The position numbers and the translations under genes were made by a program. The notes beneath the pieces were generated by a model. That model made no database searches. It worked only from the letters and a program-made list of their open reading frames with translations, and was not told the DNA's origin. Positions 54,688-63,149 of a DNA stretch of 64,000 nucleotides are shown piece by piece; the first letter of the stretch is position 1, and the number at the start of each line of letters is the position of its first letter. Location of the stretch: IMG/VR virus record IMGVR_UViG_3300024336_000005, positions 62,001 through 126,000 of that record; one strand, written 5' to 3'.

Positions 54688-54746
54688 AGATGAACTGTTT
54701 GAGAGGGGTTGATCATGACTTTTCGCTATGCACAGATGGTTCATCT
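54688..54746 (+). ncRNA. hairpin RNA, possible variant Y RNA
   Basis: AGATGAACTG / GGTTCATCT; lacks the exact UUGUUC strand. Confidence 0.4.
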
Positions 54747-54838
54747 TTAACACCTTGTCGTACAGCTGCAAGTACATCCTTTATAAAGCTCAGAGTGTAT
54801 CGATGCCGTTAGATAATGAGACAGGATAAAATAAAATT

Positions 54839-54873
54839 GGTCTAGCAGACAGGTTAGTTCTGCTGGACCACCA
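54839..54873 (+). ncRNA. 11-bp minihelix ending in ACCA
   Basis: GGTCTAGCAGA/TCTGCTGGACC + ACCA. Confidence 0.5.
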
Positions 54874-54874
54874 A

Positions 54875-54948
54875 GGGCCTTTAGCTCATTTGGGCAGAGC
54901 GCTGCACTTGCAATGCGGAGGTGATCGGTTCAATCCCGATAAGGTCCA
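54875..54948 (+). tRNA. trnA: tRNA-Ala(UGC)
   Basis: CTGCA-CTTGCAA-TGCGG, G3:U70. Confidence 0.93.
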
Positions 54949-54978
54949 GTTAGTTAGAATCATTGAAGGAAGAAGAAG

Positions 54979-55359
54979 ATGTTTAAAGATTGTATTCTTA
55001 TAGTTTGGGCTCCTGATGCAGCTAAACTTGAGAGCCTACCTTCAGGCTCAGTTGCTGCACTGATGGAGACAATGTGGTTTGCTCCTCCTGATCCTTATGA
55101 ATCCTTTCAATACTTGAAAGAGAAATTCAACATAAAGGACAGAGCTTTGCGTCTGGCTGGAAGGTCTTACGATCTTGATATCGTAAGCCTTAACCTATCT
55201 TCAGCTCAGATGAAAGAGTGGGCAAAGGATGCACACATTCCCTATCTTAGGTTTAATGAGACATCGTGGAAGGATCGGAACTTGGATGTTGGCGATTTAG
55301 CAGCTGTTACGATGTGTCTGTTGGGTTCATCAGACACTAGGTATATTGATACACTATAG
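54979..55359 (+). CDS. hypothetical protein, weakly Pth2-like
   Basis: ORF; C-terminal AHIPYLRFNE..G..AAVT pattern. Confidence 0.7.
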   Translation: MFKDCILIVWAPDAAKLESLPSGSVAALMETMWFAPPDPYESFQYLKEKFNIKDRALRLAGRSYDLDIVSLNLSSAQMKEWAKDAHIPYLRFNETSWKDRNLDVGDLAAVTMCLLGSSDTRYIDTL

Positions 55360-55372
55360 AAAGGGATTCGAA

Positions 55373-55636
55373 ATGAAGATTAATCGCGAGACAGAGAGTA
55401 CTTTTATTGCCGAGCTTAATGAGCTCGAGCTTAAGATTTTTGTGGGTCTGTTGGCCTTCGTTAGGATGGAAGAGACTGGTGCGGGTGAAGCTGTATATGA
55501 CATGCTTGAGGCATGTGAAGGCGCACTTGAGCTAAACGATGATGAGCTAGACGATCAGATCTTTAGCAAGGTCTTCTCCTATGAGGTTGATGGTGGCCAT
55601 CATGGACTTGATGTAAGTGGCTTTGATGTCCAGTAG
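55373..55636 (+). CDS. acidic hypothetical protein
   Basis: ORF. Confidence 0.7.
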   Translation: MKINRETESTFIAELNELELKIFVGLLAFVRMEETGAGEAVYDMLEACEGALELNDDELDDQIFSKVFSYEVDGGHHGLDVSGFDVQ

Positions 55637-56045
55637 TGGGGTCCATGATCTCATAAAGGAGAGGTTTAATCAGGGGGATGTGCGCGCCGGGTGCAGTTGT
55701 CCTGATGGATGGGTCCCCTTGGTTGAGAAGCTTGTGAATCATATCCACTGGGTCTTAACTCATGGGATCACATGGGACCAACAGCACGGTGGCTTTCCTG
55801 ATAGAAGTCTTGCCTTTGAGGTGACTCAAGTTAAGAGTAAGTTTGGCGGCCTTAGATTTTACTATGATATGCGAGGGGATACAGACTGTTCTCTCGCGTA
55901 TAAGATAAGAGGGGCGATGGCTTTTGCTGAGTCCCTCTCGTACACAATCTGTATGGATTGTGGTGCGACAGATGATGTTTGCATAAGGAAGCCGGGGTGG
56001 TTAGCTACCCTCTGTCCTTCTTGTGCTGCTAAAGGGGTGGCTTAG
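55626..56045 (+). CDS. conserved phage hypothetical protein
   Basis: GWVPLV..QVKSKFGGLRFYY..CMDCG. Confidence 0.8.
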   Translation: MSSSGVHDLIKERFNQGDVRAGCSCPDGWVPLVEKLVNHIHWVLTHGITWDQQHGGFPDRSLAFEVTQVKSKFGGLRFYYDMRGDTDCSLAYKIRGAMAFAESLSYTICMDCGATDDVCIRKPGWLATLCPSCAAKGVA

Positions 56046-56058
56046 CGGCCACCTTATT

Positions 56059-56195
56059 AAAGAACTGACGATTTTAGATTATCATTATACCAAACCAATA
56101 AAGAGAGGGTTCGACTCCCCAGGGATGGTGAAGTGGTTTCACACATAGGCTCAAATCCTATGGAATTCCTTATTCTAAATCAATTTTTGTTCTTT
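56059..56195 (+). ncRNA. putative Y RNA 6 with T-arm, D-like arm and anticodon stem-loop
   Basis: AAAGAACTGA/TTGTTCTTT; GAGGG-TTCGACT-CCCC; ATAGG-CTCAAAT-CCTAT. Confidence 0.75.
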
Positions 56196-56197
56196 AT

Positions 56198-56274
56198 GCC
56201 CATGTCGACTAGTGGCCTAAGTCGCTTGTTTTTCACACAAGTCATCGTCGGTTCGAATCCGTCCATGGGTACCA
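56198..56274 (+). tRNA. trnE: tRNA-Glu(UUC)
   Basis: CTTGT-TTTTCAC-ACAAG, ACCA. Confidence 0.9.
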
Positions 56275-56294
56275 ATTAAGAAGAAAGGAAGAGA

Positions 56295-57542
56295 ATGAGC
56301 AGCTTGAAGCAAGATCATATAAATGCAGAAGCGCTTACGAAGACTAAGCTCCGCAAGCGTCTGCGCCACCACAATAAGACGCAAGATGTGCGCTATGAGC
56401 TCTATCAGAGAGAAGAGGATGAGTATACTTTTTGCCTTGTTATCTCAGCGTGTGATTATTACATTCATTTGTATCTTGATCCTAATGGATCTGGCACCTT
56501 CATTAGGAAGGGATACCACAGCTCCAGAGCTCCTGAGTTAACTAAAGCTCTTGAGAGGCTTAACCGCAAAAGTTGTCTTGACGATCTTAATGCTGGCCAG
56601 GTTTTTTCTCATCTTGTAGATGATCCTGACCTCTCTTTTACCGTCCTCCAGCTTGCTTCCCAGGCGGAAGAGGACGTCGAAGAGAGGTCACCTGATAAGA
56701 CTTGTGTGACTGTCAATGGGCTTAGATTTAAAGTAGAGGCTGGAGATGAACATGCTTTCATCCATCTCTTGGGCACGCCTCTTTGTTTGATTTTTGAGTG
56801 GGGGCCCAACTGGTGGAGCCCGGTCGATGTAGAGTTCTTGGAAGATGACTTCGAAGGCTTTGATCTGTGGAATACAACAGATTTTCCTAACTTGCATGCC
56901 TTACACAAGGCGTTCTTCCAGGACTACGTAGAGCGTAGCCTTGGTTTTACTAAGCCTGAGATCCTTTTAAGGAAATTTACAAATAACTATTACTCTCTTA
57001 TTCATTCTGTAGTTCAAGAATTTAAGCAGGACTCAAACCATTTTAACTCTAGTCCTGTCGTTGAAAAGGAAAAGGAAGAAAAAATGAGCACTACTCCCAC
57101 CGATACCTTCACCAACTTGCTGAAGCTCTCTGGTAAGACCGCTGCTTCTACTACTGTTGCAGATAAGATCCGAGGCATTCTGTCTAGGCGATTGGAGGGG
57201 ACTCCCTTCTCGCCGATGGTAAATGCTCTGCCTGATGAGGTGATGAACTTCCTTATGGCAAGCGCCGTGTTCTATGCTGCCAACTATGCGCCTGATGGCG
57301 TTCCAGGCAGGCATAAGGCTGCACTCATCAGTGAGTATGCAGTGCAGGGCTCCAGTCATGAGGCTTTCCGAATGATGTTTGGCCTATTGACCGAGGTCTT
57401 CGGTGAAGTTTTGGACATCGCTAAGGACATCGCCATCCCTGCTAAGGATGACGATGATGCCATAGTAGCTCCTGCTCCTGCCAAGAAGGCTCCTCGCAAG
57501 CGTGCAGCAGTAAAGAAGTCACCTGCTGTCACAGACCTATAG
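56295..57542 (+). CDS. hypothetical protein
   Basis: 415-codon ORF with RBS. Confidence 0.85.
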   Translation: MSSLKQDHINAEALTKTKLRKRLRHHNKTQDVRYELYQREEDEYTFCLVISACDYYIHLYLDPNGSGTFIRKGYHSSRAPELTKALERLNRKSCLDDLNAGQVFSHLVDDPDLSFTVLQLASQAEEDVEERSPDKTCVTVNGLRFKVEAGDEHAFIHLLGTPLCLIFEWGPNWWSPVDVEFLEDDFEGFDLWNTTDFPNLHALHKAFFQDYVERSLGFTKPEILLRKFTNNYYSLIHSVVQEFKQDSNHFNSSPVVEKEKEEKMSTTPTDTFTNLLKLSGKTAASTTVADKIRGILSRRLEGTPFSPMVNALPDEVMNFLMASAVFYAANYAPDGVPGRHKAALISEYAVQGSSHEAFRMMFGLLTEVFGEVLDIAKDIAIPAKDDDDAIVAPAPAKKAPRKRAAVKKSPAVTDL

Positions 57543-57550
57543 GATGTATC

Positions 57551-57799
57551 ATGTGGAATAAGTTTTGGAACCATCCCTTATGGGATTGGTCCCCTCTTCT
57601 CTTTGTGGCAGCCCTTCTGCTTTCCGGAGGTTTGTCTATCTTGACTGTCGTTGGCGCACCTGAACAGTGTCAGTACTGTCCAGTAGATGCAGCTGTCGAG
57701 AAGACTCTACCCCCTGTTACTGTCACCCCAGGAGAGATTCAATTTGAAGTTGAAGATGCTGGGGTTGTTGCTCCTGCTGTATGCCCTGCTGGGTTCTAG
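57551..57799 (+). CDS. membrane-anchored protein
   Basis: TM segment. Confidence 0.65.
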   Translation: MWNKFWNHPLWDWSPLLFVAALLLSGGLSILTVVGAPEQCQYCPVDAAVEKTLPPVTVTPGEIQFEVEDAGVVAPAVCPAGF

Positions 57800-57959
57800 C
57801 TGTCAAGAGGAGGTAAGGATCTATGATGCAGACGATATGGAAGAAAGTGAAACATATATCTGCCATCACCTTGGCTCCCCTCTTCACGGAGCTGAATGTA
57901 CAGATGAGTGTTTTGTTCCTGGAGATGCTACTAAGTACTGTTGGTTAAAAGATGAGTAG
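57756..57959 (+). CDS. putative lipoprotein, Cys-rich
   Basis: signal-like LLGSSC; start corrected. Confidence 0.55.
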   Translation: MLGLLLLLYALLGSSCQEEVRIYDADDMEESETYICHHLGSPLHGAECTDECFVPGDATKYCWLKDE

Positions 57960-58158
57960 ACCTACTTTAGTTCTAACTTGTAGCGACCCTCTCTGCTCTC
58001 ACAGAGAGCCTCGTATCTTTAATACACCAAAGGCTCTTGCAGAATACAAGAGCCGCATCCTTAAGAATCATCCATGGAGATGCCCCAAGCATTGGGCTTG
58101 TCCTTGTGTGTGCGTTCTATGCAAGAGGTTCAATGCTGCTACGTTGGAAGAGAAGTGA
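57952..58158 (+). CDS. Cys-rich small protein
   Basis: overlap. Confidence 0.6.
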   Translation: MSRPTLVLTCSDPLCSHREPRIFNTPKALAEYKSRILKNHPWRCPKHWACPCVCVLCKRFNAATLEEK

Positions 58159-58432
58159 GCTCATAGAGTGTAGGCCTCTTAGCGAGGAGCTCGATCCTGA
58201 TTGGATCATCACTCATCAGATTAAAGTTGTGCCGACGTGGTTGGGCAAACTCTTTGGAGTTATGCCTGAACAGAAGGAGGTCAGCTATGTTGGTCGATGG
58301 ATGTGGCGCAATGCTGAAACAGGAGAGGTTGTCGGGCGAGATGTAGAAGGGGAGCTGTGTGATATCCGCTATCAGTACCAATGGTCTGCTGCTCTCTTTA
58401 GAGACTTAGAGGAAACGCTGGAGGACAAATGA
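58133..58432 (+). CDS. hypothetical protein
   Basis: start uncertain. Confidence 0.65.
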   Translation: MLLRWKRSELIECRPLSEELDPDWIITHQIKVVPTWLGKLFGVMPEQKEVSYVGRWMWRNAETGEVVGRDVEGELCDIRYQYQWSAALFRDLEETLEDK

Positions 58433-58647
58433 AAGACGGAAGAGATAGGACAGAACGTACTGATGGGTCTGGAGACTCTTGGCTTATCGATAGTGAGGGT
58501 AAGTATGTGCGCGACCATAACGGGAGGAAGATTCCTGGCGCACCACAAGAGCTAACAACAGACGGGGGCTTCACCCACTATGACTCTTCAAGGGGGCACT
58601 GTGGTCTCTGTGGCAGTCTGATGTGCCATGGTAGTTGCTTCAAATGA
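58429..58647 (+). CDS. hypothetical protein
   Basis: overlap; C-terminal CGLCGSLMC. Confidence 0.7.
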   Translation: MKDGRDRTERTDGSGDSWLIDSEGKYVRDHNGRKIPGAPQELTTDGGFTHYDSSRGHCGLCGSLMCHGSCFK

Positions 58648-58853
58648 AGGACGTAGTATTTGAACTTGTATCTACACATGAGACTGCGGAGAAGGGCACG
58701 ACCTTCTCGATCCTCTACCATAAGGACCTCAAGGTCGGAGATCATATGGTCTTTGATGGCGTGAAGTTTCTTGTCGTAGGAGAGGAGTTCTATACACATC
58801 TTAACTGTCGCAGACCCGGTAGCCTTCTTGTTAAGAAGGTAGAAGATTTATAG
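58644..58853 (+). CDS. hypothetical protein
   Basis: ATGA overlap. Confidence 0.65.
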   Translation: MKDVVFELVSTHETAEKGTTFSILYHKDLKVGDHMVFDGVKFLVVGEEFYTHLNCRRPGSLLVKKVEDL

Positions 58854-58915
58854 GAGTAAAGCATGCGATGTTCTATGAGAACAGACGTACGTAGCGGAAA
58901 ATGGGAAATAATTAA

Positions 58916-59164
58916 ATGATAATCCTTCAGGTTGATGAGTACACTAATCGGTATGACATTCCTGGAAGGGGAACTATTTTTGTAGTTCCGGCCCAACACC
59001 GCCTGGCAGTCGGTCAACTTGTTTGTATTAATGATTGGATATATGAAGTCACAGGGATGGAGTCTTTTGGTTGTCTTTGTGGGGGTTGCCACTCTGAGAC
59101 TGTTGGTCTTCTAGTAAAGAAAATTCGTTCAAGGGAAGAGGACATGCGTCTTCATCCCTTTTGA
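58916..59164 (+). CDS. hypothetical protein
   Basis: ORF. Confidence 0.7.
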   Translation: MIILQVDEYTNRYDIPGRGTIFVVPAQHRLAVGQLVCINDWIYEVTGMESFGCLCGGCHSETVGLLVKKIRSREEDMRLHPF

Positions 59165-59297
59165 TCTGGTGTCGCTTAATGGTAGAGCAGGCGGCTGTGG
59201 TTTATTGCAAGGGCATTACAAGGGTCTTAACCTTGGTAGGCCTCATAACCGCCCGGGGGAAACTCCATTGTAGGTTCGACTCCTACCACCAGAGCCA
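59165..59297 (+). tRNA. interrupted tRNA (Asn-like) with 47-nt insert in anticodon loop and long variable arm
   Basis: TCTGGTG/CACCAGA, G73, CCA; GGCGG-CTGT[59199-59245]TAA-CCGCC. Confidence 0.75.
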
Positions 59298-59328
59298 TAG
59301 AAATTAATGCTCGAAAGGCTAGAAGAAA

Positions 59329-59907
59329 ATGAATAAACTGTTTGCAGCATGTACTCTCATTTTGCTATCGGTTGCACTATCTGGTGCTACTGGTGATTGT
59401 ATCAGCCTTGTCCCTGATGGCGGTGGTGATGGGGGAGTGCCTTACGCTCCCAAGATCATTCACAGAGGTCAGGGACCAGTTTGTGATTGGGCTCAGAACT
59501 GTAACTATCAGCTGACTGCTACAATTTTCCACAACCGTCTTGACGGCAATTATGATGCTGCTGTAATCGTCTTTGAAGATACGATTACGCACACATCTAC
59601 CAGTTGGAAGTGTCGTTATGCTCCTCATGCAGTGGGGAATACAGTGATCCTACGACAGTGGCTTTGCACCGATGGTGCTAGCATCAAGCAAAGCTTTGGG
59701 TCAAATGAAATGACCGTCCACATTCCAACGAGTGGTGGTCGACATGTTGATGTTCTCTATAGACTTGATGACAAGTGGTATGGGGATTGTCCTGACCCTA
59801 GCGGTCCATGTGTTGTAGAGCATTGCACTACTCGTACCTATGGTCCCCGTGATGTTAAGCACGGTGGGTGGATGGATGCGGAATGCAGCTGGGTTCCGGG
59901 TGCATAG
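59329..59907 (+). CDS. secreted Cys-rich protein
   Basis: signal peptide. Confidence 0.8.
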   Translation: MNKLFAACTLILLSVALSGATGDCISLVPDGGGDGGVPYAPKIIHRGQGPVCDWAQNCNYQLTATIFHNRLDGNYDAAVIVFEDTITHTSTSWKCRYAPHAVGNTVILRQWLCTDGASIKQSFGSNEMTVHIPTSGGRHVDVLYRLDDKWYGDCPDPSGPCVVEHCTTRTYGPRDVKHGGWMDAECSWVPGA

Positions 59908-59937
59908 AATGTCAATTCCAGCTGCTGGAGTCTTCTC

Positions 59938-60234
59938 ATGAAGGATGCTCTCACACCTCAAGAGAAACTTCTGTTCAGACTCCTCGCTTTGGATGCTGAG
60001 TGGTGGAGCGAAGACTGTCCTGGTGCTATGATGAGAAGCGGATGGTTCATGGAGTTGGGCGAAGGTCCAATGGTTGAACTCTCTACCAAATTCGTCGCCG
60101 CTGGTTGGGATGAGATGACCTCCTATGTAAGAGAGAAGGTGAATTCCGAGCCACTGGCCGTGGAAATTCTCACATGGCTTCGTCGAATGAAAAGGCATAT
60201 TAATGCTTGGCTCCATGAAAATCCTCTCCAATAG
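59938..60234 (+). CDS. hypothetical protein
   Basis: ORF. Confidence 0.7.
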   Translation: MKDALTPQEKLLFRLLALDAEWWSEDCPGAMMRSGWFMELGEGPMVELSTKFVAAGWDEMTSYVREKVNSEPLAVEILTWLRRMKRHINAWLHENPLQ

Positions 60235-60251
60235 AAGAAGGATGGTGTGGA

Positions 60252-60455
60252 ATGAGAATTGTTATAAAAAGCGATCCATTGTTTAAGGTCTTTCATGAAG
60301 ACGGTGAGGATGATGGTGACGAAGTTTTTCGCAGTAAGGATAAGTACACTTGTTGGAAGTGGATCCAACAGCACCGTAAAACATATGCACACCCCCTTAT
60401 CCTTCATGATATGACTTGTACTGAATACTCTGATGGTGCAGTTTCCTTTGGGTGA
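60252..60455 (+). CDS. hypothetical protein
   Basis: ORF. Confidence 0.6.
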   Translation: MRIVIKSDPLFKVFHEDGEDDGDEVFRSKDKYTCWKWIQQHRKTYAHPLILHDMTCTEYSDGAVSFG

Positions 60456-60491
60456 GCCCAAAAAGTCTGAAAAATAAAATTAGGAATTAGA

Positions 60492-62045
60492 ATGGGATCA
60501 TCTAACGTTACGTGTGGTATTACTCATGCTTCAATTGGTGGAGGAGATGAGTGTGTATTAATTCCTCTTCATGCTTCGAAGAAGCCTGAAGATCCTTTTA
60601 ATTATACTCCTTATGCAGCACTCCCTGTTGTTATCCGAGGTAGGTATGATGACTACGGAAGGATTGAGGACATCGTAGAGACTGCAGGCACTAAGGTTCT
60701 TGAAAAAGAATTTGGGATGCCTATTAAGAGGTTTGCAGACCTCCTCGTTGAGGGGAGAGATGATTACATTGGTGAGTTTGGTACACTGATGAGCCCAGAT
60801 CTTGTGGACCTATTGAAAGACTATAGTCCCTTTGATCAGGAGCATCTCAAAGCTTGCGGCTTTGAGCCTTATGAGCTAGACCGAGAGGCTTACCTTTCGC
60901 CTGAGCTGGTAGACCAGGAGAGCTGGTGGAGTCATCCCCGATTGGAAAAGATTCTTGTACGCCTTAGGTCTTGGGTCTCCGGAGGGGAAACGCTGCCAGA
61001 AAAACTATGGAACAGTTACCAGATTTCCTCACCCTGGCGCAACCATGAAGACGAACGTCCCTGCTTGACCAGTCTAACGATTGCTTGGGAGAGTGGTCAT
61101 AAGGTGATGGGACTTCTTAACAACTTGTATCAAAATACAGGCATCCATCTGGCCTATAAGGAGAAGAACTCTGGTGTTTTTCATAGGCTGAATGAGATGG
61201 ACTACGTTTGGGTACATGCAACAGCCTTTGATGGACTTTCTAAGCCCCTCCCACATGAGGGGCAGGGGGGCTCCTGGTGGGGCGAAGACAGTTGGATCAG
61301 TGGAATTAAGCCTGACAGCTTAGAGATGCTCGGCTTTGTTTATGACAAAGAAGCCTCTGAAAAGAGAAGGGCTGTCAAGCCCAAGGGGCCGACGGAAAAG
61401 CATCGTTGGTGGATGATCTATCGTCATCCTGAATGTACAACGCATGTTGCTGTAAGCGATGGCAGATGGAGTCACATCATTGAAGAGGGTGATAACACCT
61501 ATCATGGCACGATGAACCTATTCAGCCTTAGGCTTACTCAATTTGTTCAGGCATGGAAGAAGGCTACAAAGAAACGCCTTGTTGTTCCTAAGGAAGAATA
61601 TTCTCTCTGTTCTTATAGAAAGAACTTCCGTCACGCTCGCGCTGCCGTCTTAGCCTTTGAAAAGGACCAGGCAGAGGAGCTTGAATTTTACGAAAGCTCT
61701 GGCCTTGATGAACAAGCCATCGCTCTTAAGAGAATGAGGGCGGAGTATAACAGCATCTGGAGACGCGATAACATTCGAGAGTATCCTTCAATTTCCTTCG
61801 AGCCAGAGTGGCCACGTTGGTCATTCATGAAGGACTTGTTTGCTGGTGTGATTAAGGATGGCACCCTCGAAGATGAGTGTGTGCAACTACAGTGGCTGCG
61901 AGCGAACCTTGGGATGCTCGCACATCCTCTTAGGCCGATGCCCTATAATGGACCTCAGTGTGGTGACTACCACATGCTTAAGGCCTTTGGTGATATCATT
62001 GTAGAGATTGCAGAAGACAAGCTAAAAGAAAGAGATGACTGGTAA
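60492..62045 (+). CDS. hypothetical protein
   Basis: 517-codon ORF. Confidence 0.85.
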   Translation: MGSSNVTCGITHASIGGGDECVLIPLHASKKPEDPFNYTPYAALPVVIRGRYDDYGRIEDIVETAGTKVLEKEFGMPIKRFADLLVEGRDDYIGEFGTLMSPDLVDLLKDYSPFDQEHLKACGFEPYELDREAYLSPELVDQESWWSHPRLEKILVRLRSWVSGGETLPEKLWNSYQISSPWRNHEDERPCLTSLTIAWESGHKVMGLLNNLYQNTGIHLAYKEKNSGVFHRLNEMDYVWVHATAFDGLSKPLPHEGQGGSWWGEDSWISGIKPDSLEMLGFVYDKEASEKRRAVKPKGPTEKHRWWMIYRHPECTTHVAVSDGRWSHIIEEGDNTYHGTMNLFSLRLTQFVQAWKKATKKRLVVPKEEYSLCSYRKNFRHARAAVLAFEKDQAEELEFYESSGLDEQAIALKRMRAEYNSIWRRDNIREYPSISFEPEWPRWSFMKDLFAGVIKDGTLEDECVQLQWLRANLGMLAHPLRPMPYNGPQCGDYHMLKAFGDIIVEIAEDKLKERDDW

Positions 62046-62535
62046 TAAGATGTCTATAAAAAGCTTCCACTATGTGTTGGACAATCTTGAGGATGGCAGT
62101 GCAGGCATTACCTTCTACTCAAGTGAAGAGCTGGCTGACTTTGCTAGCGAATATGATTTGAATAAGGGCGGCTCCTCCTTTAGCAATAATACAGGATGCA
62201 TTAGTGTGTATTATGAAGGCGATGTCGTGCCACATCTTGGGTGTCATCTTCTTACCCCCTTAGGCTTCTTGCTGAAAGCTGCTTATGATTGGAATCCTAG
62301 GCATGATAAGGGCGGATGGAGTGAAGGTTGGGTGGTTCTAAAAAGAATGAACTTTGTTGAGAAGCTCATGGACAACCTAGCATTGCGCGCAGAAGAGATT
62401 GGTGAGCCCCACACGCCTCGATATATAAATATTGTATCTGATCATGGTGAGGTTGTTCAGTACTTTACGTGCAAGAGTGCCGAGGATACGTTAACTCACA
62501 TCTTGGAATTCTATCTAAAGTGCAGCCCATCATGA
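62035..62535 (+). CDS. hypothetical protein
   Basis: overlap. Confidence 0.75.
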   Translation: MTGNKMSIKSFHYVLDNLEDGSAGITFYSSEELADFASEYDLNKGGSSFSNNTGCISVYYEGDVVPHLGCHLLTPLGFLLKAAYDWNPRHDKGGWSEGWVVLKRMNFVEKLMDNLALRAEEIGEPHTPRYINIVSDHGEVVQYFTCKSAEDTLTHILEFYLKCSPS

Positions 62536-62954
62536 AGCTTGTAGTCTTTGTGGGGGATCCCAAGTCAGAGCAAATTAAGGTTCTGACGGAGCCCCATGGG
62601 AGTGCCTTTAAGCATAACATTGATATCTTGCGACCTTGCAATCAGATCGAACAATTAGATTCTTTGTTTCATAACTTTCAGAACAGCAGCAGACTTCTCA
62701 GTGGCAATCTTCTTCTCGTCACTGAATCTGAAATCATATTCAATCAGATTAGAATCAATGTAATGAATGGTGTAGTAAGCCATGAAGATGTTGAGATCTA
62801 TTTTGAAGATGAATCAGGGGAGATTTGGAAGTTGGGGTTGGATGCCGATGGCAGGATGGAAGTCTGGCCAAAGGGATTCTTCGACACAATAGGCAACCAG
62901 CTGCAAGAAATAATGAACTGCTACTTTAATAAAGTGACACTTAAGGAGGATTGA
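62532..62954 (+). CDS. DUF3696-like domain protein
   Basis: TESEIIFNQIR..LDADGRMEVWPKGFFD. Confidence 0.65.
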   Translation: MKLVVFVGDPKSEQIKVLTEPHGSAFKHNIDILRPCNQIEQLDSLFHNFQNSSRLLSGNLLLVTESEIIFNQIRINVMNGVVSHEDVEIYFEDESGEIWKLGLDADGRMEVWPKGFFDTIGNQLQEIMNCYFNKVTLKED

Positions 62955-63149
62955 ATGGGACTGTTTGATATTTTTACATCTGTTGTAGACACAGCGGGCA
63001 GTGTTGTTAAGACTGTCGTTGATGTGGCTGTCATTCCCGTGAGGGTTGTCGAGGATCTTGTTGATCCCGACACTGACTTCATAGAGTTAGAGCACACAAG
63101 AGATCAACTTGATAAGGTCGTAGATGATCTTGAGGATGCAATCAATTAA
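62955..63149 (+). CDS. small hypothetical protein
   Basis: RBS, coupling. Confidence 0.65.
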   Translation: MGLFDIFTSVVDTAGSVVKTVVDVAVIPVRVVEDLVDPDTDFIELEHTRDQLDKVVDDLEDAIN

